NCBI RefSeq assembly: GCF_009914755.1
Contig: NC_060927.1
DNA from: the human T2T-CHM13v2.0 reference genome, Homo sapiens
DNA length: 64,000 bases
Direction: 5' to 3' (one strand)
The translations under genes were made by a program, and so were the position numbers. Positions 57,090 to 64,000 of this stretch are shown piece after piece (the first letter of the stretch is position 1; every line of letters starts with the position of its first letter). The notes under the pieces were generated by a model, which saw nothing but the letters and a program-made list of their open reading frames with translations, searched no databases and was not told where the DNA came from.

Positions 57090-60000
57090 GTGAGCGTGCA
57101 CCGCGGGCGTGGGATGCTGTGGGGACAGTGCGGGGGACGTGTGGGGTCTTCGGATGCGAACGCGAGTCCGTGCGATGCCCAGGTCAAGTTTGCAGAGAGA
57201 GTCTGCGGTGTCTGTCTCCTTGGCCTCCTCTTGATGCTCCTGCGGGTTGGGGGCTCGGACCAAAGCTTCTATTTGGGGGAAGGGCTTCAGGACATTCTTG
57301 CCTTGAGATACTTGACAAAGGTTGAAAAGACACATCAGGTGGGAGCTTGTAGCTGCTGCTGATGGGGTGAGACAGGTGCAGTCGAGTGTGCACGCATATG
57401 TGTGTGGCTCCTGGGTAAGGGTCAGCTCGAGATGGGGAGAAGCCTCTGCGACGGGTCATTCTGTCCCCAAGAGCCACTTAGATTCCGGAGAGTGAAATTG
57501 AGCCGCTCTGAGGTGGTCACTAGATGTTATGGCAGCAAACCAGTGACCCCCAGTATTTCTGATATGACCCTGTAGTAGAAGGAGTGCAGATGGTTCAGTA
57601 CAGAGTGTGTGAGGTTTTAAGGCACCCAGAAAAGATTCCTTTTACCTTATAACTTCTTGACAGAAATTAGTATTAAAAGTGCTGAATCATGCAAAAAGAT
57701 TAGGAAAATAATTTACTTAATGTTTTGGTAAAGTTTTCCAAAGCTAATAATATCTGCATTTTTGGATCAATGCTTTAAATTTAAGATGTAGGCACTAGGT
57801 ATTTAAAATCATATTTTAAGACTGTGCCCTTGGCTTTATGACTATCAGTTGCTTTTCTTTCTTTATGATTAGTTGTATCCATTCATTACTTCTTACCACT
57901 TTCACTACCCTCAAAACAAACAAAACCCCGGAAAAAAACCCAAGACATGGGATTTTTATTTTTATTTTATTTATTTATTTATTTCTGATGTGTTCATGAT
58001 TGTAAAGGGAGTGGAGGTATCAGTCCTGGGAAATAAAAAAATCCTCCTCTGATGAATGCAGTGATGGCCAATTTGATCAATTTGATTTGTCATATGCCAC
58101 TGAAGGGAATGTCAAGCTGATAACATGCAGACTGGAGAGAAAATGAAACAGGAGTTGCCCATTGAGGAAGACATAAGCCCTTATCCGATTGCACTCAGTG
58201 AAGGAGCTGGAGGGTAGTCCTTCCACATTGGAACCTGAGTCCTTGGTGGAGGTGCAGTTTTTGATGCAAGTTCTGAGGTCAGACACCATGTAACATAAAG
58301 ATGAATTTAAAAAAAAATCAGAGTCAGGATTAGTAAAATGGGTGTGTCCAGCGACAGCCTTTGCCCATTTACTCTTGGCTGCACTGTCTGAAATGCTCAG
58401 TGGCCTGCTGACTCATAAGGGAACAAGCATGGCTTAGCAAGATTGGATTTTACTTGTAGACTCTAAAGAACTGTACTTGTTAAAAAAAAAAAAAGATTTT
58501 TGAAAAAGCATCATCGGAGACATCCATAATAGAGAAGCTAGTCTCTCTTTCTCACATCTCTTCTTCCAGGAGGTTTCTCCCTGATTCCTTGACTTGTCAC
58601 CTTTATTTCAATACCTGTCATCCATGCTTGTGCAAAACACATCTGATTTGACACAAAGGTTTTAATCTGAATCTTAACATGAGAAACGGTGGGACTCTTA
58701 GCAACATGATTATTTCAAAGGTATTTTTGAAGGATACTGAAAAACTGGAATATGAACGATTAATTGAATTTTCTTTACAGCACAGACTCCCTTAACATTG
58801 CATGCAAGACCAGGGAGCCCCACCCTGTTTCTGAGCATCTGCATGAAAGACCAGGAAAGGAATTCGACAATTGCAGTGGTGCAGGGAGAGGCAGCTTCTA
58901 GGCTTGGGCATTACCTTTATTTAAATAATTACTAACAAATTTGGAGGGTAGGCTTTAATCCATAGGCAGGTCTTAAAAAGCACAGTGTTATTTCTTTTCA
59001 CCTGTCAGCTTGTTAAAATGTCCATTTAACTTTGAGAGGTTGATTTTGTTAGAAAAGGGATACAGATCGAGAGCTTCCAAATTTTAAGATCCTAGGGCTA
59101 AAAGCCATAATTGATTGGAAGGACACATATTAAAGCATACAGTGAAGCCAAAAAGAGTTATTTTTGCTTCGATATTCTTAATAAAATTTTTTTTATAAAA
59201 CTAAGTTTTTTAGAAAGAGGGGGGCTCCTTTTTAGGCAGTGAATGGAATAAATCAGCTTGTGCGATAGACCAGCACCTGGCATCTCAGTTTGAACAGAGA
59301 TGCATAATTGGAGCAAGAAACAGATGAATGAGCTTACCTTTTACTGCTTGGTCCTTCAAACAGAACCCAGTCATTTCACATCAGATTAGAGGAAGGCCAT
59401 TTCTACAACAAGACAAGGAGATTTCAAATCTTGTTTCAAATCTATGGGAAAGAAAATGTTTTGAGCTGCTCTGAAGAAAGAGGCATTATAAATTTACAGT
59501 TCATTATTATAGTTAGGTTTATCCGCATCGTCTACTGCAGATAGCGGGTCTGACCAAGAAGAAAAGAGATACAAAGACTTTTTTTCTTTCCTTTTTTTAA
59601 GACAAAATTTTCAAAAGGATCCCTACTTGGTTACCTTCCATTTTTTAAGGTAAATATATCATTTACGGAAGAGAAAATGATACGTTTTCCCTTGATGGCT
59701 AGAGTGAATTAATGCATTTTCAGACCTGAATGTCGTGACCAGTTAGCAGTATCTCAACAGTTCTTCCAGTCTAACGTGATACTCTAGGTGAAAATTGCAG
59801 GTTCTGTTCTGAACTCATAATCTTAAGCTGCTGAAACTACCTTCTGCTTTTTTCCTGTGTTTTTTTTTTTTCTTATATTATCTTTCCCCTCTTTTAAATC
59901 CACAAACTATACCTACAAATCCTAGCACCTAGAAGGCTTTGAGAGTCACCAGGAACACACAATCAGGTAAATTGTCTGTGATTGCGGGTCATTCTAAAAT

Positions 60001-60947
60001 CAAAATAGATTTCAGCGGCGGCTTCAAGAATCAAATTGGTCAGACGTCTCTGGTGCTTTGCTCAGATGCCGGCGCCCTAGCAGCCTGCTTTCAAAGAGGG
60101 TCTTTTCCTAAGATATGCAGTGATTATTTTATGGAAATTAGCTCTACCCACTTGCACAGTTAATTGCAGTATGAGAAGGTTCCAGAACAGTACCTCCTTG
60201 AGTTCGACAGTAAATATGCACACATCATTGTATGACGAGCATTCCAGAACACCCACCTCCCAGCAAAGTAAATTTGCTGGCTGAATAAACACCTGGGCTG
60301 CTTTAGCCCACAAATGGCAACAAGTCTCATGTTTTACCACAAATGTACACTAAGCCTTTTTAGGACACTGCAGAGCCTTGTAGCATGGAAAGGGGCATCT
60401 GATGTCTGAATTCCTGTAGAGTTGGCCTCCAAGAATCTCTCTTTTTCCACTTGAGGATATCAGGTTATGAGTTTTTTTTTTTGAAGAATTTGAAGAAAAT
60501 TGTTTGCTCATCCACTTATTACAGGGAATTGTAGTTAGTAATATCTTTGGCGTTAAGTATTTAAAAATTAATGATATTTTTGGGTGTGTGAGGGTTGGAT
60601 TGAGGCAATAGAGAGTATCCTTTAGAAAAACCATTTGGAAATTGCTGCTCCTTTAAAATTATGTGACATTAAACACTTGTACATGCATCTCTGCAAAATT
60701 CAAGAAATGTGCTTTGGTGTGCGCATTGTGCCACATACACATGCATCCTACACAAACTGGAATTGCTATTTAGGACTGTTAAACTCTTCATTTTGAGAAG
60801 ACTTAACTTGGGTAGTGGGGAGGGTTTTTATTTGTTTCTTTCCTGGTAGAAGTGGGCTCTGAATCTGTTGTGCTTAGGATCTTACTTAGTAGGTAGGACC
60901 ATCAAGAAAAGACAGTGAATGAATAGTTCTTAAAAGTAGATAAAGTA

Positions 60948-60949
<2 letters not shown>

Positions 60950-60978
<29 letters not shown>
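60950..60978. repeat. Poly(T) tract (~29 nt)
   Basis: Directly visible. Confidence 0.95.
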
Positions 60979-60980
<2 letters not shown>

Positions 60981-61183
60981 AGTGTGTCATCGTTTAGGTT
61001 GCTAATTTAAAAGTATTTCAGCTCTGGATTTTAGAACTAAAAATATCATGAGAAATAGTTTTCGTTCAGATGTAGCTCAAGATGCATCTCTCCCTTGTTC
61101 AAATTACTATGTATCCTCCTTGCTTCTCATGGAATTTGGAAACTATCCCAACTGCTAATGATCTAAACATTTTGGTCTTACAG

Positions 61184-61243
61184 GTGTTCTTTTGATCACA
61201 ATGGATAGTGACTCTTCTCTTCTGCCTGAGAGTGGTTCAAAAT
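61184..61243 (+). other. Candidate 60-nt internal exon containing ATG (MDSDSSLLPESGSK, phase 1)
   Basis: Branch-like CTAAT 61155-61159, acceptor ttttggtcttacag|G, donor AAT|GTAAGT, cacaATGG at 61201. Confidence 0.65.
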
Positions 61244-61661
61244 GTAAGTTCAGTAAACTAAATAATTAAATATTAATAATTCTGAACATCTGTGCAGAGC
61301 AGTTCTTCCTATTTTTCATTCCTTCTGCCTAAGGACTCTAGCTTCATAAATAAGAATCTAGAAGGAAGTGCTATACCCTTGAGTAGGGGGTGGGGGGAGC
61401 CTAACCTAGATGAACGTTTATTCACTACCCAGCAGCATAACTTTATATGACTGCAATCACAGCCATTGATTCCTGTGCACCCCCACTGCCCCCATGTTAT
61501 TTTCATGGTAATAGAATACGAACCTTTGGTGCTTGGGTAATGCTGAATTGACACTTCCCCAGATGTCATACGTTTCTGTGTGGCCCTGCCTGTTCTAATC
61601 TTCTCTTGGTTCAAGCAGATGGCTTCTGATATGTAGAAACATCCAGGCCCAGAAACAGAGG

Positions 61662-61692
<31 letters not shown>

Positions 61693-64000
61693 GGGGTGGG
61701 GGGTGGCCCGATGAAATCCTATGGCTACTGTCAAGCTACCTTTCTTACCGAATGTACGTTAATCAAAATGCTATAACCCAGCTGATGACGTTTAGGCTGT
61801 TAGGATCTGGTACACGTAAATTATAAAATGGAAAGTGTTAAAGTGTACGGGAAGCCATTGCTGTTTCACACAGAGTTTGAATGGTTAGGGATTTTACAGA
61901 TTTCCCAGGGCTGGATCCACCTTTTCCATTTGAAGGATATCAAGTACTTCCAAGTATGGCTGTTTAAAGAGTGAACTCTCAGTCTCTGAAAGGAACCTAG
62001 TGCTGATTTGGACCCCTCCCTACCTCTTTAGAAATCTCAACATGTGATTTGAGATATTTTTGAGAACTTCTTAGGCATTCGATGCATTTCATCAGTGGTC
62101 AGGCTATAGAAAGCTGATTTTTATTAGGAAAAATATCTCTTCTACCTTCTCTTATCCCTTGTTTTTCTGCCTTCCTGTCTGTGCTCCCTTTCCCAAAACA
62201 TAGATTTTCATGTAATTCAGTTCACTAAATATCACTTCCATTTTTGCTTCTCTGCAGAGTTTATTGCTAGAGCTGCTGATAGACTTTTGGCGCAGATAGT
62301 ATATTGATCACTTGAAATCTCATTTGAGCTTGACTGAATATACATAATGGGGTGTCAATCGGGGAAAAATCTCATAATAAATGGCAGGTGACTTATATTC
62401 ATGAGAAAAAAAAAGTCTTGGGCCGCACACAAAATACCATGTTTACTGTAGCATGACAGACTGATTTTGCTCGTCTCCATCATATTCATCTGGTGGGTGT
62501 TTAATAGCAAAGGCAAGGTTAGAATACCAAGATCCTGGAAACTTTCTTTGTTTATGTGGGAAGCATTTTTGTACACTCTATACAGTATAAGCATCTTCTA
62601 GAACTACAGCCAGCAAGAAAGAGCTTTTCTACCTGAGAAATTCAGAAATTGCAAACAAATCTGTTTAAGTTGGTGTGTATTTAAAATCAGCTACTGATTT
62701 ATGCAGTCCATATTTTTTAAATTTTTACCATGTGTGTATCAGTGCATACACTCACTGTATGCAAATATCATTTTCAGTGTGTATATGGGAGAGCACAGTA
62801 TATTTAGAGAAAAGTCTGCTTTACATAAATTATTTTTAAGAACAACTGAGCAGAGGAGTAGCCATGCGTTAGGAAAGCCAAATCTTTTTTTCTTTTTTTA
62901 AGTTTCCCATTGAATGATAAGGAATTTCTCTTTTAAAGTTTTATATGTAATTCTTTAAAATCAATTTTCCTGATACAGCAGTCATTATGACGGTAGATAT
63001 GTCTGGGAAAGTGATATTTTGGGTTACTTTATACAGCTGACTTGATAGCCGACTTCGTTGTGGCTGATTGTTTGGAAACATGGGGGTATCTATCATATTA
63101 GCTGTAACCCTGCTTCATGCCAGGACAGTGTGGGGTACATCACGTTTTTCCCAGTCTGCTAAGTGGGGTGCAACTCAACTTCCATCAGGAATTCTTCATC
63201 TCCTGTAAATGAATGAAATCAACTGGCTCTTTGCTAACAGGGTTCTAATTTTCTTTTTTTTTATAGTCAAAAAAATTAATAATAATGGTACCCTGGACAA
63301 ACATCTCCTTCAGTCCTTGTACAATATCTCAAGATTTTAAAAACTGTTTTATGTCAGAGTTTTCACTTTTTTAGCCTCAGGTCAAATATGATAGCCAGAG
63401 GAATCTGCTTACTACAGATGCAAAATAGGACAAGTGACATTATTAAGATATAAAAGACATGACATCAAGCCCTGATCATACATACTGTTTTTCCATAGCA
63501 AGATTTTTTGCCATTTTCATCTATTTTACTGAAATGCTTCCAATTTGCTTTTTAAGGTTTTTGATTAGCAGTCACAGAGAATGTAAATATGCTGAGAAAT
63601 GGGATTATCTGAGAACTAACCAGTTGCGGAGGTTTAACAATATATAATTACACGAGTGTTATGTATTTTAGTAATATCTTCTAGAAGTAAAATCTTATAT
63701 CCATATATTTCCTTATATATGTACCAATAGTTCTGTACCAATTAGAAACTATTTGTAGTATGTGGCTTTTTGCACGAAGAGGCAATCAAATTTGATAGCT
63801 TAAGCTTGGGAAATTATGCTTTTGAGATTTAAGCAGAAGCTAGGTGATACAAGAACTTTAAACTCAGGAATTAGCTGTTTGAATATGCTTCATTAATTTT
63901 AACCTACAGAGAAATGTATGTCTGCAAATGTTAAAACTGGGACTTATTGGATGTCACCAATAAATGGGAAAAATTAAATCCCAGGGAAAAAAAATTGGAA

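Larger units (their letters stand above)
52300..57300. promoter_or_regulatory. Extended multi-lobed CpG island (approx. 52.3-54.9 kb and 55.3-57.3 kb)
   Basis: Very high GC and undepleted CpG relative to flanks; many GC boxes. Confidence 0.95.

Noticed and set aside
52533-57335. Long ORFs in the CpG island (329 aa, 223 aa, 197 aa, 336 aa, 176 aa)
   Set aside because: Overlapping on both strands, R/P/G/A low-complexity, several with non-ATG starts, no domain motifs; expected from stop-codon scarcity in GC-rich DNA
56860-61243. Assigning a gene symbol to the + strand gene
   Set aside because: Only putative 5' exons are present and I do not recognise them with confidence
62258-62387. Possible further exon (tctctgcag|AG ... 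CAG|GTGACT)
   Set aside because: Good acceptor but mediocre donor and no other support; it closes immediately (T+AG stop) if joined in frame to the 61184 exon

Overview
Primate (human-like) genomic DNA: about 52 kb of repeat-dense intergenic sequence followed by the 5' end of a + strand gene. The repeats include L1s of many ages, Alu J/S/Y, ERVL/MaLR solo LTRs, hAT/Tigger DNA transposons, MIR and L2. The gene end comprises a ~5 kb CpG island (~52.3-57.3 kb) with several candidate first-exon donors and a well-formed 60-nt internal exon at 61184-61243 carrying a strong-Kozak ATG. I cannot name the gene. There is no intact protein-coding ORF, tRNA/rRNA or CRISPR array. Most notable structures: (1) the L1PA3-like element at the left edge is a spliced integrated retrotransposed element (SpIRE, 97/622 junction) nested in the 5'UTR of an older L1; (2) two old, locally templated complex insertions (4.3-5.4 kb inverted; 37.1-38.5 kb two-template); (3) a ~1.7 kb orphan mRNA 3'UTR-like insert with no CDS. 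I found no convincing wholly new biological system; these are unusual instances of known mechanisms. Repeat subfamily names are from recalled consensus sequences, and most boundaries of old repeats are approximate.
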